DNA from: Octopus sinensis
Lineage: Eukaryota
Assembly (NCBI RefSeq): GCF_006345805.1
Contig: NC_043005.1
Location: forward strand, 95,294,001-95,358,000
Direction: 5' to 3'
DNA length: 64,000 nucleotides
Below, one piece after another: positions 24,597-38,268 of the stretch. The notes beneath the pieces are model-generated. The model was given only the letters and a program-made list of their open reading frames with translations. It had not been told where the DNA came from and did no database searches. The position numbers were made by a program, and so were the translations under genes. Every line of letters starts with the position of its first letter. Positions within the stretch are counted from its first letter, which is position 1.

Positions 24597-25974
24597 GCAC
24601 ACACACACACACAACGTGCTTCCAGCTTTCGCCAACCAGATTCACTCACAAGGTATTGGTCGGCGCTAGACAATAGTAGAAGACGCTTGGACGCAATGCT
24701 ACGCCGTGGGACCGAATCCGAAAGCATACAGTTTCACAGTAGGTTTCTTAACAACACGGCCTTATCCGACTATATTTATGAATTTATGTCCAAATCAGAG
24801 ATTTTAAAATCATCTATTGCAACATTTATAATCTTTCATAATAAATGTTACATTATATAAATAATGTGTTGCGTAGTGTCTTATCATTCTCTTTGCAAAT
24901 ACATTGGTGCGACTCTATCAGAGGTGTGTGTCCTAATAAATAATGAAAAGAAATGATTGAAGCATTTCTTACAAGGATAAAAACAGCGGAAAACCCCTCA
25001 AACAGCATAGTGTGTATATATGTGCAACCGTTAATCCAGACCAATTTCTTTTCCCATCTCCGTCCTTTTTTTACCTCTTTCCATCTGTTTTCTCTCCTCA
25101 TTCTATAGAAGAAAGTCAAGCTAATACACTTTCTTGTTTTCTCACCTGGCTCTCTCTTTTGGTTTTTGGTAGAACTTTGAACCCGATATATGTATATGAT
25201 CGTAACAAGTGACTTCCAGCATGCATGTGCGTATGTATATAGGTATGCACATAAATACGCTTAAATATATATCTATATAGATATATATAAATATATAGAT
25301 ACTGAGTCCTGTGTCCTGTATTTTTTTTTTCAGCTTTGGTCATAACTGAACATCTACATTTTATTTCTATTTCTATTTACTTACTCATTCATTTAAGGTG
25401 GTGAGCGAGCAGAATCGTTAGCACACTGTACAAAACACTTTGCAGAATTTTGTCCGTCAGGTCGACGTTGCCTTTCATCTTTCCCAGGTCGATAAAATGA
25501 GTACCAATCGAGTACTGCCATTGATATAAGTGACTAACACCCTCTCCAAAGCTTTCAGTTCTTTTGATAGTAGTAAAAGGTTTTATTCATTTATTTATTT
25601 ATTTAGTTATTGTATGTCTCTTCTCACATAAATCCCCACGCAACAATTCTTCTTATCCAGAATTTATTCCTCAGGGACTTCCTCTGTGGCACAGGATCTC
25701 CATGATAACGTTTCTTTCCACCAGACCGCCACTTTTCTTTCCGCCCGGAATACATCTATACGACTATTCAACCCACGTTATACTTCATTCCTCTTCTACC
25801 AACATACAACAGTAATAGACTCGCCTGGTTATCCTTATTTCCAATCAGACGCTGCCTGCCTTTCAAGGCTGCCACACTTCTTGACTCAGCCATTTTCGCG
25901 CCACCTATTTCACATCACCGGTTCGACGCTGACTTATTTGAAATCAGGTGTTTTAATGTTTCTCCCTCTCTCTT

Positions 25975-26050
<76 letters not shown>

Positions 26051-26079
26051 TTTCCTCTTTTTCCTTCTCTCTCTCTCTC

Positions 26080-26134
<55 letters not shown>

Positions 26135-26688
26135 CTCTATCTCTCTCTGGGAGTATATTTCGCTTTACGTGTATGAGGAGAGGGAAAGCGTTTATGCCAG
26201 TCGTGTTCAATTTCCTCTTTATATCAGTATGTATACAGTTCTGCCTGCGCGCGTGTGTGTATGTGTGTGTTTGTGTGTGTACAGTTATGATAGTCAGTCA
26301 CAATTAGGGATGATGTTGGCGACATGTTGGTTTTGATGGCAAGGGAGGTAAACTGCTACAAAGTTGCCAGCAATTAAATATTGGTCAATAGGAGAAATTA
26401 CCTCCCTTGTAACAGTTACCCGGCCAACAATAACGTGTGAGAATGGAGTGTTTTTGGAGGTATCAATCATATTAGACCTCCATCCTTCTCTTTCCCTTAT
26501 CAGTTGCATTAAATTCACATTATTTCGTAAGAAAAAGAAACGTTTTGACGTCTACAATTTAAAGGGAGATTACTTTAGGTTAGTTTTTAGTTTATTTAGT
26601 GTTAGTGCTACTTTTCCTGTGATCTACGTGATCAAATTTACTTGTATGTATGTAGTTTCTTTACGCTGCCGTACTCCCGTAAATTAGC

Positions 26689-26752
26689 GATTTCGCAAAG
26701 AGAGACCGACAGAATAATTACTGGGGTCGATAAGTCGACTGAAACTCTTCAA
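26689..26752 (+). repeat. SINE-A tail fragment; source of the inverted 64-bp copy at 31497-31560
   Basis: 63 of 64 positions match by manual alignment, including a shared internal deletion relative to other family A tails. Confidence 0.85.
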
Positions 26753-27339
26753 GGAAATGCCCCAATATGGCTGCAGTTCAATGAATGAAACAAATAAAGA
26801 ATAAAAGATAACTGAAATTCTCTTCTAAATTGTAGAAAGGAAATAAAACCTGGAGACATTCGTTTGCGACTCACAGAAAAAAGTTGTGGGTGGGGTGATA
26901 TTTACGAAATGGGAAGGATTAATTTTTTTTTAATATTTTCAAGTGCTTAACGGGAAAATCCTAGCTTTGTTAGAACGAACGGAGATAAAAAAAAAAAAAA
27001 TGGGCATATTTCGATTTTATTCTACGTCGTCAGTGCTATGTACCTAGTACGAACCCATCTGATCAGTAGGGAATAGTTTTTACATAAAGAAAAAGAGTTG
27101 TAAAATTTTTGGCCTGTACAAATTGATATTATACTAAACAAAATTGAACTAATGGCAACGGTTTAAATAAATCTTATAGGTTTTGATCTAATGAATAATG
27201 TACGTATTACTCTGTGGATGGCGGGGTCTGGCAGGTGAAAACTGGCATAGTTTCGCTGGAGGATGTTCTCAGGATTTCCACTCATGGAATCAAAGCAAGT
27301 TTAGGCTACATGTAAATAATATTTGGTCGAGGAAGTCAA

Positions 27340-27830
27340 GGGAGAGATGACGGTCGTATTATCTGCATAAGACTATGTATAGTTGTATGAGGCATCAAGT
27401 AAGTCATTGAAGTACAGAAGCAAGAGCGTAAAAGACAAAGCCGATTTATGGGTTACGCCCGCGAAGATAGAAAGAGGAACAGAAAGAGCTCCTTCAACAA
27501 ACGTGGCAAATGATGTGATCTGATTGGAAGCTACCGAACCAGATGACCAGGTATAGGAGGATCCCTTAGATAGATATTTTCCATTCGCATTCTAGACAAC
27601 GTCCAAAGCTTTGCTGGAGTCAAAACTGACTACATCAATTTCACCAAATTCTTCAAAGGCAGAAATCCACATGAGTAAGGAGAGGAGGTCACCAGTGGAT
27701 TTGGCTTTATAGAATCTGTATGGGTGACCATTAAGAGGAGAGCGAGAGAGAAAAATAGATTCAAGATATTGGAAGACATTGTTGTAAAGGCTGACTGACC
27801 CTAGAAATAATAGAGGTGAGTGCGATGGGG
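27340..27830 (-). pseudogene. Fossil RT fragment of a CR1/Jockey-like LINE
   Basis: One frame with stops reads HPYRFYKAKSTGDLL...FGEIDVVSFDSSKALDVV*...AGVTHKSALSFTLLLLYFNDLL...SYADN (27369-27358). These align by eye with the QYGFRKARST, LDISKAFD, GVPQGSVLSP and YADD motifs. Confidence 0.75.
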
Positions 27831-28811
27831 CGGTTGTTGACGGGGTCAGAGCAGTTACCTCCCTGGGGATGGAACACACTTTATGTTGCATGTTTAAAAG
27901 AAAACTTGGAGATTCCTGTCGAGAGGAAGAGATTTAAAGAGATTGACGAATCTAGGGTAAATTCTGGGGTACAATATTTGAGGGTAAGGTAAGAAACACG
28001 CAAGGACAGGTGGTCATAATGACGGTCGAATGGTCAGTTGTACCAGCTTCTAAATAAAATAAATACAAACTCTACAGTTGTATCCCGTATCGAGTATCAC
28101 ATAGCAAAGTGGTCCATGCCTATTTCAACAATATCAGTGGAGATAATTATGTGTGTGTGTGTGTGTGTGTGTGTGTCTGATTTTGTGTGTCCCCCTCACA
28201 GACATATGCATGCGTATGTATGTATGTATGTATGTATGTATGTATGTATGTATGTATGTATGTATGTATGTATGTATGTATAGTTTGGAACGCAGCTCAA
28301 ACAACCCTCAAAGGTTTACATTACAGAAAATCATACAAATGCATAAACTTGTTAACTTTATTAATGTGTGTGTGTGTTGTGTGCGCGTGTGTGCGTGTGT
28401 GTGCGTGTGTGTGCGTATGTGCGCGTGCGTGTGTGCATTTGAAGTAGTCCGAGATTAAAATATTTATACATCATACTTAATATAAATACAATCGTGACAG
28501 GCAACATTTTCTACGAATATGAGTAAACTTTGATTATCCCGATGCATTTACATTGAGTATGCCACATAAATTTATGTATGTACGTATGTAGGTATATATA
28601 TATTCGTATATATATGCACCGCATTATATATATAAATATATATCTATATATATATACGAAAGAAGGTTTGAAAATGCAATTTTAAAAGTTGTTTATTTAC
28701 TTTACAGGTTTCACTCTTTGGAAAAAGATTGTCAAAAGTAGGTTGCGTTAATTATTGGTTGTTACAAATTGCTACATTACATATATACAGTCTTTGGTAA
28801 CAAGGACATGT

Positions 28812-29185
28812 TAAGAACATAAAAAAGTTTAACAAGTTCCTTAAAATATTGGGCACAAAAGATTACTACATAAATAATCATTCTCAAGAACATGTTAAAG
28901 ATAGTTTCCAGAAGGAATTATTAAAAAGTTCAGTGGGATATTGGTATTGTATCTGTATATTCAAACACGCACAGAATATTGATTGACACAGAGTACTACA
29001 ATACATATGTATATATTTTTTGGTGACTAGAGCATCTTGAGAACATAAAAAAGTTTAACAAGTTCATTGAAATATTGGGCATAAAAGATTACAACAAATA
29101 TATTATACATTCCCAAGATAATTTCCAGAAGGAATTATTAAAAAGTTCAGTGAAATATTGGTATACACGCACAGAATATTATGAG
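28812..29185. repeat. Diverged direct repeat with ~225-bp period
   Basis: agaacataaaaaagtttaacaagttc...ccagaaggaattattaaaaagttcagtg...acacgcacagaatatt occurs twice. Confidence 0.8.
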
Positions 29186-29399
29186 TTCAAAAAGGTTTAC
29201 ATTATAATAGTAGGGAAGCTAAAACTGACCTGTCCACCATGTTAACGTAAAAGAATATTATCTATTTCAAGGAACACTGTAGGTGTGTTTAGGTGGGGAA
29301 AGGAGGAGTTATGTGGAACTGAAAAGAATTTATCCTTTTAGTCTCTCCTTCAAGCATCAATGATTTGGGGAGATTGGCTTTAGGGGTCAGGATGGGGTG

Positions 29400-29512
29400 A
29401 GTGTGTGTGTCTTTGTGGGTGTGTATATACATATGTGGTGTGAATGGATGTGTCTGAGTGTTTGTATATGTGTGTCCGTTTGTCAACCGCGTATGCGGTT
29501 GTCTTGGTGTTG

Positions 29513-29555
<43 letters not shown>

Positions 29556-30235
29556 GTGTGGATGGCATTTGGCATGGTGCTGCGTGTGTATATGTGTGTC
29601 TGTATGGAGGTCAGAATGGTGTGAGTGTGTGTGTCTTTGTGTGTGTATATATATATGTATACATGTGTTTGTGAGGGGGGGGGGGCTGTTTTTGATTGGT
29701 TCCAGGGTCCATTGTGGTGTAAATAGATGTGTGTTTTTTAAAGAATTTTTTTGGTAGGATGGTGTGTGTATATGTGTGCCCGTTTGTGTGTGTGTGTATG
29801 TGTGTGGTTAATGTTTATTAGTGTGTTGCGTGTGCGTTAGTGTGTATATGTTTGTTCGTATGTGTGTCCATGTCTGTTGGGTGTATCTGTGTGGCGTGTG
29901 TGTGTGTGTATATGCGTTTTGTGTGTGTTGGTATTGAGTATGTGTTTGTGTGCGTGCGTATATATATTGTGAGTGTATGTGTCTTTGTGTGTGTATATGT
30001 ATACATGTGTTTGTGGGGGGGGGCTGTTTTTGAATGGTCCCAGGGTCCATTGTGGTGTAAATGGATGTGTGTTTTTTTAGAGATTTTGTAGGATGGTGTG
30101 TGTATATATGTGTGCCCGTTTGCCAATCGTGTGTGTGATTGTCTTGGTGTTGTATGTATGTGTGTGTGTGTGTGCGTATATATGGTGCGAGTGTGTGTGT
30201 ATATACATGTGTCTCTGTGTGTGTGTGTGTGTGTG

Positions 30236-30268
<33 letters not shown>

Positions 30269-30900
30269 CATGTGTTTGTGTGTGTGTGTGTGTGCGTGTG
30301 CGTGTGTGTGTATATACATGTGTTTGTGTGCGTGTGTGTGAGTGTATGAATATGCATGATTGGTGTTTGTTATGGTGCTGTGTGTGCGCACGTGTGTGTA
30401 TATATGTGTCTGTATAGGGGTCAAAACGGTGTGAGTGTGTGTACATATATATATATATATAAATATATATATATAAATATATATATATAAATATATATAT
30501 ATAAATATATATATATAAATATATATATATAAATATATATATATATAAATACATATACACACATGTCTTTGTGTGTGTGGGCCGTTCTTAATTGGTCCCA
30601 GGGTCCATTGTGGTGTAAATAGATGTGTGTTTTTAAGATTTGGTAGGAATATGTGTGTATATGTGTGCCCGTTTGTGTGTGTCGTGTATGTGTGTGGCTA
30701 ATGTTAGTGTGTTGCGTGTGTGCTAGTGTGTGTATGCGTTTGTTCGTATGTGTGTCCATGTGTGTTGGGTTTGTCTGGGTGGCGTGTGTGTGTTTATGCG
30801 TTTTGTGTGTGTTGGTATTGAGTATGTGTTTGTGTGTGTGCGTATATATGGTGCGTGTGTGTGTGTCTTTGTGTGTTTGTTTTGGATGTGTGCCTGGGGA
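29400..30900. repeat. TG-rich composite tandem repeat, three units
   Basis: Unique core cagggtccattgtggtgtaaat at 29703, 30041 and 30599, each embedded in (TG)n/(TA)n. Confidence 0.85.
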
Positions 30901-30905
30901 ATATG

Positions 30906-31500
30906 TTAGAGTATGTTTAGTTGTGGTCTGTATTTTTGAATAAGATTACTTTCCCTATTTATTCGTGTTTGGTCTGTGGTGTTGTCCGGGCATTGGTATA
31001 GTGGGGAAACTAAGAATTTGGGGGACTTATTGTGTGCACAGAGGTCTAAGTGTCCACTTAGTGGTATCTGTCTTGTGGAGGGGTCCCTCAGTTGTTGGCG
31101 GTGAACTCTCATCCTTTCTCTGAGGGTAAGGCTCGTTTGCCCTAAGTAGTCTTCGTGGCACCCTTCACACCTTATGACGTAGAGTAAATTTTTTGATGCG
31201 CACGTGAAATTATTTTTTATGATGAAGGTGTGTCCTGACTGGAACTTGTACGTCGATCCCTCAATGAGGTGGATGCAAATCCTGCAGTTGCGACGACCAA
31301 ATTTTTTGACGGTGGGCGGTGGGTTTGTGTTGTGTAATTTTGCGTTGATGAGGAGGTTTTTTTAAGGATTTAGGTATTCTCTTACTTTTTATTATTTTAT
31401 GAGCTGCCAATAATTATTTTAGGCGTGGCTCTTGATTTAGCTGTGGAATGTTGTTGTATATAATAGTGTAAGCTTCTGCATTTCTTGGGTTGTGTGTTGA
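30906..31500 (-). pseudogene. PLE GIY-YIG endonuclease domain with upstream linker
   Basis: STHNPRN...IIKSKRIPKSLKK, then a frameshift, then an open frame 31319-30906: CRIC...FTCASKNLLYVIRCEGCHEDYLGQTSLTLRERMRVHRQQ...RESNLIQKYRPQLN. One stop lies in the linker. Confidence 0.85.
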
Positions 31501-31563
31501 AGAGTTTCAGTCGACTTATCGACCCCAGTAATTATTCTGTCGCTCTCTCTTTGCGAAATCAAT

Positions 31564-33043
31564 TGTCCATCAATTGTGCATACAATTTGAAAAATTCAGA
31601 AAAACATAATTGAAAAATAAAGATAGCTCAGCAGAGTTTATTGGAAAACATAGACAAACAAATAAAGTTTATATAAGGACACTTCCACATACTCTGCAGA
31701 TTTGTCCTTATCTTTCATTTTCTTCTGAATTTTTCGTATTCTAAAGGTAATTTATGACCACCTGCACGGAGGCATCGTTATTTACGTTACATTGTAGCAA
31801 ACGCATTCAATTCATGTGCTTCCATTGCTGTATTGTCTGTTATTAAACTTACACTTCAGTGAAAAAATGTTTCTGAAATTGGTTCATGAGCACTGGTCTC
31901 AGGACTCGGAAGACTTCACTTCATTCAGTCAGCCAAGCATAAATAAACGTGCCCGAAGTCATCTCTCGACAGCATGGATGCTGCCTGGCATTCCTATAGA
32001 TGTAAGGAATGAAGGACCAAAACACTTGCATGAAGAGGGTGTCTTCTCAGAGGATTTAGTGTCGTTCATCTCTCCCTAGAATTTCTTACTACCTTTTTCT
32101 TGGGAATTACGAGTTGTTTTGATTGCAATACAGGCTATAACCTTATTCAAACTATAAAAGTACAGCTCAGTTACTTTCCTTGATTAGCTCAGTTCAGTTT
32201 TGCATAAAACCTATGCCAACAGTAAATTTAGCATCAACTCGACATGCTTAATAGATTACAGATATCATGAGGTATCGCCTTATGGTCGGTCTGTCTGTCT
32301 TTCTCGAACTCCCTCTCCTTCTGTAATAACATCAACGCATACTTCACAATTCCATATTTGACAAAAAATGTTTTCTCTAATATAAAATATTAATATAAAA
32401 TAAGTGGATATTTTACCGGTGAGTGTGTTACATAATGAGCACAAAAACAAAATGACTCTCCCCAGACACACAGAATATGCTTCCACACAAACTCATATAA
32501 AGAATCTGCAAACCCAATCCCAAAACGAAGGTTAATATAAAGTTATCTCCCTTACATCACTAGCTTTCCGATGACATGAGTAAAAGCAATGATTTTACAA
32601 TAGGTCGCAGCAAGAAATTAGCTGAGCATCTCACAGATCTTGAAAATGTAATTTAAAACTTTAGCAAATCCATACTAATGTCTGAGTGCCATAATTTTGT
32701 TACGTACCAACAATGATGTTCTAATCTTTTAAACACTTTTCATGATATAAAACCGGTGTGCGGACGATGTCGCCAGTCGCTATCTCGCATTCTACCACTG
32801 CCCCGAAGTTTCGCCACTCCATCTGCCTGCCCAGGTTGTCGCCACTGACACGTCGCTTAGGCGCGGCATTGTTTCTGATCAGTCGGTTGCGTGGTGCATT
32901 GGGCAAGTGTTTTCTGTTATAGTCCCGGGGCTGACCAAGTGGATTTGATAAACGGAAACTGAAAGAAGCCCGTCGTTCTTCTTCTTCTTCTTCTTCTTCT
33001 TCTTCTTCTTCTTCTTCTTCTTCTTCTTCTTCTTCTTCTTCTT
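31564..33043 (-). repeat. Arm B of the long inverted duplication
   Basis: Reverse complement of arm A; the outer end lies in (TTC)n at 32976-33043. Confidence 0.9.
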
Positions 33044-33045
33044 CT

Positions 33046-33196
33046 CCTTTCCTTTTTCTGTGTTTCTGACGAAAAGCTCCGCTCGGAACGTTAAATCCTC
33101 CTTCTTTCTTTCCTTTCCTGAGCGTCCAATAATACTATACTTGTTCCACGTCCTCACGTTGTTGTGTTTTCTCTTTGTTCATGTTTGGATTAATTG
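33046..33196 (+). mobile_element. PLE-type terminal repeat with minimal hammerhead-like motif, copy P2
   Basis: tgtttctgacgaaaagctccgctcggaacgttaaa at 33061-33095, with the same downstream sequence as P1, then (TA)n. Confidence 0.6.
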
Positions 33197-33263
33197 TATA
33201 TATATACATATGTGTGTGTGTGTGGTGTGTGTGTGTGTGTGTGTGTGTGGGTGTGTACGTATG

Positions 33264-33294
<31 letters not shown>

Positions 33295-33357
33295 CATATA
33301 ATATATATACATATATATATATATTAATATAGATATATATATACTATAATATATATA

Positions 33358-33402
<45 letters not shown>

Positions 33403-33475
33403 TATATATATGTATACATATATATATACATACATATATATACACACAAGACGTATATACACACACACACACCGC

Positions 33476-33532
<57 letters not shown>

Positions 33533-33536
33533 GTTG

Positions 33537-33610
33537 AGGCACATGGCCTAGTGGTTAGAACAGCTGACTCGCGGTCGAGGGATCGCTGGTTCGAATCTCA
33601 GACCGGGCGA
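33537..33610 (+). mobile_element. Isolated tRNA-like SINE head
   Basis: A box tggcctagtgg and B box ggttcgaatc, but no intact acceptor stem. It resembles the family C head. Confidence 0.6.
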
Positions 33611-34110
33611 TAGGAATAGGGAGAAATAGGGAGGCAATTTACAGTAGTTCAATTAAACAGAATTAAAGAATATGGAAGAGCTGAATATAAACACGTGATT
33701 GGTTTTTAAATTCGACATGCCCTGTAATCAGGTGAAGAGAGATGAATTTTAATCCAGGATACTTTTTCAAACAACATTCACGAAAAGCAATCAATCAGCG
33801 AAACAAGTAATCAGTCAATCAGTGAATAAATAAAGACAACTTGATCTGTTGAAAACTACATTCTTTTAATGATACTTTTATGTGAGTTACAGTAAAATAG
33901 ACAGAAATATAACAGGAGAGGATTATAAGGAATGGAAGAGAGATAGTCAGGAGAGAGCGACAGAGAGAGAGAGAGGGTCAAAGATAGATAGAGACAGACA
34001 GACAGACAAATGTAGTTAAAGAGATTGTAGTAGAAGTATTGATAGCGGGAAGAAAGAATGAGAGCAAGAGAGAGAATTAAATACTGGTGTAGACAAATCG
34101 ATATCGCTGA

Positions 34111-34141
<31 letters not shown>

Positions 34142-34466
34142 CATATATATATATACACACATTTTTACGCATACATATATGCACACATACATATATGCAC
34201 ACATACATGTATGCACACATACGATGTGTGTGTATGTGCCATTACAGGAACCAGTCCATCAACGTTACTAATAGTTTCAAAGTCATTCAAAGTGGTTCAG
34301 CTCATTATCTGACTTGGTTGATTCATACTTTTTCAGCACGCGCGCGCGCGCGCATGTATATATATGTAAGTAGACAGACAGACAGACAGGAACTGAGAGA
34401 CAGAGAAAAAGAGAAAGAGACAGAGAAGCTACTGAATGAAAGTGATGTGAATACTGATGGAATAAA

Positions 34467-34649
34467 TTATTTTTTTTCGTCGAAGGTTCCAGCACCTTTG
34501 TAGTTACCCACATAACCAGAATCGTCTTGGAGATCAACGCGGCCTTCAATCCCTTTACCTTTTCCTTCGGCATCAAACCGTTCTTTGTGGGTTCCCGTAT
34601 ACCCTGATGCATCAGTTAATTTATCCACGTTGCCGGTCTTCGACACTTT
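34467..34649 (-). CDS. TPPP: TPPP/p25-alpha family protein, last coding exon
   Basis: [60 protein letters not shown] matches the hallmark TPPP C-terminus. Acceptor ttcttcAG at 34651-34650, phase 0. Confidence 0.95.
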   Translation of the reverse strand, partial: KVSKTGNVDKLTDASGYTGTHKERFDAEGKGKGIEGRVDLQDDSGYVGNYKGAGTFDEKK

Positions 34650-35341
34650 CTGAAGAAGAATAAATGAAAGCATTATTAATATTTAACTTAGACAAAAGGG
34701 ATGAAATTACCCTGGGGCAAGACGTTTTGTCGATTATATCAATCACAGAATTTAACTGGTACCTTATTCTTTTAATGAACACCAACAAAGGCAAAAATAA
34801 AGCAGGCCGTAGGGATTTGAACTCAGGACATAGACGACCACTGTTTGTAAAACCTATAACGATTCTGTCAGTCCCCCGCCCTTATAATGAATCATTACTG
34901 TTATAAAGATATTTTAAGTCGGTGAGATGGCGTATTGGCCAAAATGTTTAGCAGCATCTCTTCAAGCTTTACGTTCTCAGTTCAAATTCTTCCGAGGCTA
35001 ACTTTGCTTTTCAATGTTTCGGACAAGTTCCAGTCGATGTAATCGGCCAGTCCCCTTCCCGCATGTCTCGTAAAGAATTATAACAATATAATAGCATTTG
35101 GTGAAATGTGTTTGCGAGAACAGCGTCGATGATTGACACTCTGAATATGCCCCAGTCGGCTACGAGCAGAATTTTCCAAGGGAGGGTACATCTCCTTTTG
35201 TTAATTAAACCAGTCGGATTTATAGAAGGATCCTTGACCAGCCCATCATGTCTTTCTCTGTTAGCGCCAAAATCATTTCATTGCTATTCCAGACTTAAAG
35301 TGTAATGCATGTTTTGTACCCCTGAGTAGATCTCCATTTTA

Positions 35342-35430
<89 letters not shown>

Positions 35431-35453
35431 ATCATCATCATCATTATTATTGT

Positions 35454-36030
35454 GGCGGCGAGTTGGCAGAAACGTTAGCACGCCGGGCGAAATGCTTAGC
35501 GGTATTTCGTCTGCCGATACGTTCTGAGGTCAAATTCCGCCGAGGTCGACTTTACCTTACATCCTTTCGGGGTCAATAAATTAAGTACCAGTTACGCACT
35601 GGGGTCGATGTAATCGACTTAATCCGTTTGTCTGTCCTTGTTTGTCCCCCCTGTGTTTAGCCCCTTGTGGGTTACGTTCTGAGTTCAAATTCCGCCGAGG
35701 TCGACTTTGCTTTTCGTCCTTTCAGTGTTGATAAATTAAGTACCAGTTGCGTACTGGCATCGATTTAATCGACTATCCCCCTCCCCCAAATTTCAGGCCT
35801 TGTGCCTATAATAGAAAAGATTATTATCATTGAAGCCGGTGAGCTGGCAGAATCCTCAGCTCACAGGGCAAAATGTCTAGGGGCACATTTCGCGCGTCCT
35901 AACGTTTTGAGTTCACATTCCACCAAGGTCGAATTTGTCTTTTATCCTTTCGGGGTCGATAAAATAAACTGAGCTCTGGAGTCGATGTAATCAACTTACC
36001 CGCTCACCTGAAATTGCTGGCTAAGTGCGT
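35454..36030 (+). mobile_element. SINE family B cluster (dimer 35454-35820 plus a monomer)
   Basis: ggcggcgagttggcagaaacgttagcacg...gttctgagttcaaattccgccgaggtcgactttg. The first unit carries the Tx1-like module. Confidence 0.8.
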
Positions 36031-36044
36031 AAATTTGATATCAA

Positions 36045-36093
<49 letters not shown>

Positions 36094-37998
36094 GAATGCG
36101 ACGAGCTGGTAGACTCGTTACTGCGCAGAAGAAAATGCATAGGAGGAGGCGGATGTTGTTGCCGTAACCATGACGCTGTGTCTGTTGTCCACAAGCCAGA
36201 CAACCAGATAAGGAAATCGAAACTGAAAGAGACTGATATAAGCTGTTAAATTCTAGACGTCACTATTCAATATTTGAAGAAGACATTTTCCGAATATGTT
36301 AATAGTTTCGAGTAGGTCTTCTTTGTTATATAGCTCAGTAACTTCTCGTGGCTCTTTGTTAGTACTTAATGCCTAACACCATCAACAAAACAGGCCACTT
36401 ATTGTTCAAATATCATATATCCTTGTGTAAATATCTAATCACTCAGAGTATGACCCGATTTTATTTTAATGTGGACGGCGTGGGTAGCACCAACTTTACC
36501 GATGTGTTAAGGACACCTAACCAAGGTATATCTTGTCCTTTCTTTTACTTGGTCCAATCATTGGACTGTGGCCATGTTAGAGTACTATCTTCAATGGTTT
36601 TAGTCGAACAAAACCAGTCTAGAACTTGTTTTTGAGTGTGACATTTACCTTATCAGTCTATTTGCCTGAGCTGCTAAATTACGGGGATTCAAACAAACCA
36701 GCACCGGTTGTCAAGCGATGTGAAATGGACAAGCACACACATATATATACGACGGGTCTCCACACAGTTTCTGTCTGCCAAATTCATTCATGAGGCTGTA
36801 GTCAGTCCGGTCGGTAAGACATGCTTTGTTCATAATTTAGTATTATAAGGTTCCAGAAAATAATTATTGGACTTCCTGGCGTCGAGTTGGCCATTTTGTT
36901 TTTTTTTTTTTTTTGGCACGCACGCTAAAGAGTGCAAGGTTTTTCACAAGCAAATTTTAATCTCAGATTATGGTTATCCTTCCTAAATAAACCATTTCTT
37001 CGTGTTGCACAAAAGGAATAGAGAACTATGCAGCCTATAAGCCATCGACAGTATCTATGTGTTCTTTAAACCACTAACAAAACCATCTTAGTATAATGTG
37101 AAAACGCAACGGTTTCAAGTCAAAATTGATGTCGCATCTTCGAGAAAGAGCATCCACGCCAACAAGGAAGTACAATGTAAGTTTTATGTCATTATATGGT
37201 GAGTTTGTTTGCCTCTTGTCTTTTTTAGTCAAAAGGGCTGGTAGTACATATAACACATTTAACACATTGGCAGAGTTGTTACAGCGTCGGACAAAATGCA
37301 AAATGCCTTACAGTATTTATTTTGGCATCTGAGTTCAAATTCAATCGAAATCGACTTCGCTTTTCATCCCTCCAAGTTCGATAAAGACATTATCAATCTA
37401 GGGCAGTAGATTTATAGAAACGTTACTGCCTCGGACGAGATGCTTTGACGTATTCGTTTCGGCTCTTTGCGTTGTGAATTCAAATTCTGCCGTGGCCTGT
37501 GTAACAGCCTTAACCTGTCACCTGGTTGAACACTACCACCTAACACTTGGGTGTGTTAAGAGAAATCCACTCTCTTGCAAGCATTTAGACCAGGCCACCA
37601 TTTTGAAGTTGCTTTCCTTCTGCCCTCTTTCTCACTCTCTCTTTCTTCTCTCTCTCCCTCTCCCTTTAATTTCATTTAATGCCTCATCAGAATAAGCCAA
37701 CAAAACACACTTCAGTTACACAACGATCCTGCAGTTTACATTAAAATATACACTTCTGTCGATTGAGGATTCAGGCTGCCTTGTGCAAGAATCTCTCACA
37801 TTCACTTAAAAGACACTTTTAGCGTCTCCTTGTAGCTCGTTCTATGACGACTATGCAAACACTCGTCTTTTCTTTATGCGGTAATCCAGCCTCTTTGAAA
37901 AGTTAAAACCGCATACTAGCATGGTAGCCACGGTGGATACTATGTAGTTCAACTCAAAAGAACACCGTGATATTCAGGACTACGTACGGTAAATCAAA

Positions 37999-38023
37999 CA
38001 CGTGTTCGAGAACTACACACACA

Positions 38024-38079
<56 letters not shown>

Positions 38080-38268
38080 GCCTTATCTCCCTCCCCTTTT
38101 CTCTCCGTCTTTCCCAACCCGGTCAATCGCCCGCTTATCTATTTATTCAACAAATCAACCTCCCTTTATAATTCTTTATTTTTTATCCACCTTTCTCAGC
38201 GCAGTCACTGTCTTCTCCTTCTACATTACCTTTTCATTTCTCCCTCACATCTGTAGATCTCTACCATT
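37999..38268 (+). repeat. Direct repeat copy 1
   Basis: 38081-38268 is identical to 39371-39558. Both start cacgtgttcgagaactac(ac)n(tc)n. Confidence 0.95.

Larger units (their letters stand above)
28655..31500 (-). mobile_element. Penelope-like element, 3' portion (linker, GIY-YIG endonuclease and a probable long 3' region)
   Basis: Coding part 31500-30906 is well supported. Extension to 28655 is inferred from a degenerate hammerhead-like motif (28696-28740), an AATAAA and termination at (TA)n. Confidence 0.6.

Noticed and set aside
20757-33043. Large foldback or Polinton-like transposon defined by the inverted arms
   Set aside because: The arms consist of SINE fragments and generic DNA, the spacer has no transposase, integrase or polymerase, and no TSD is seen.
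33537-33610. Functional tRNA gene
   Set aside because: A and B boxes are present but the acceptor and anticodon stems do not pair; it is a SINE head.
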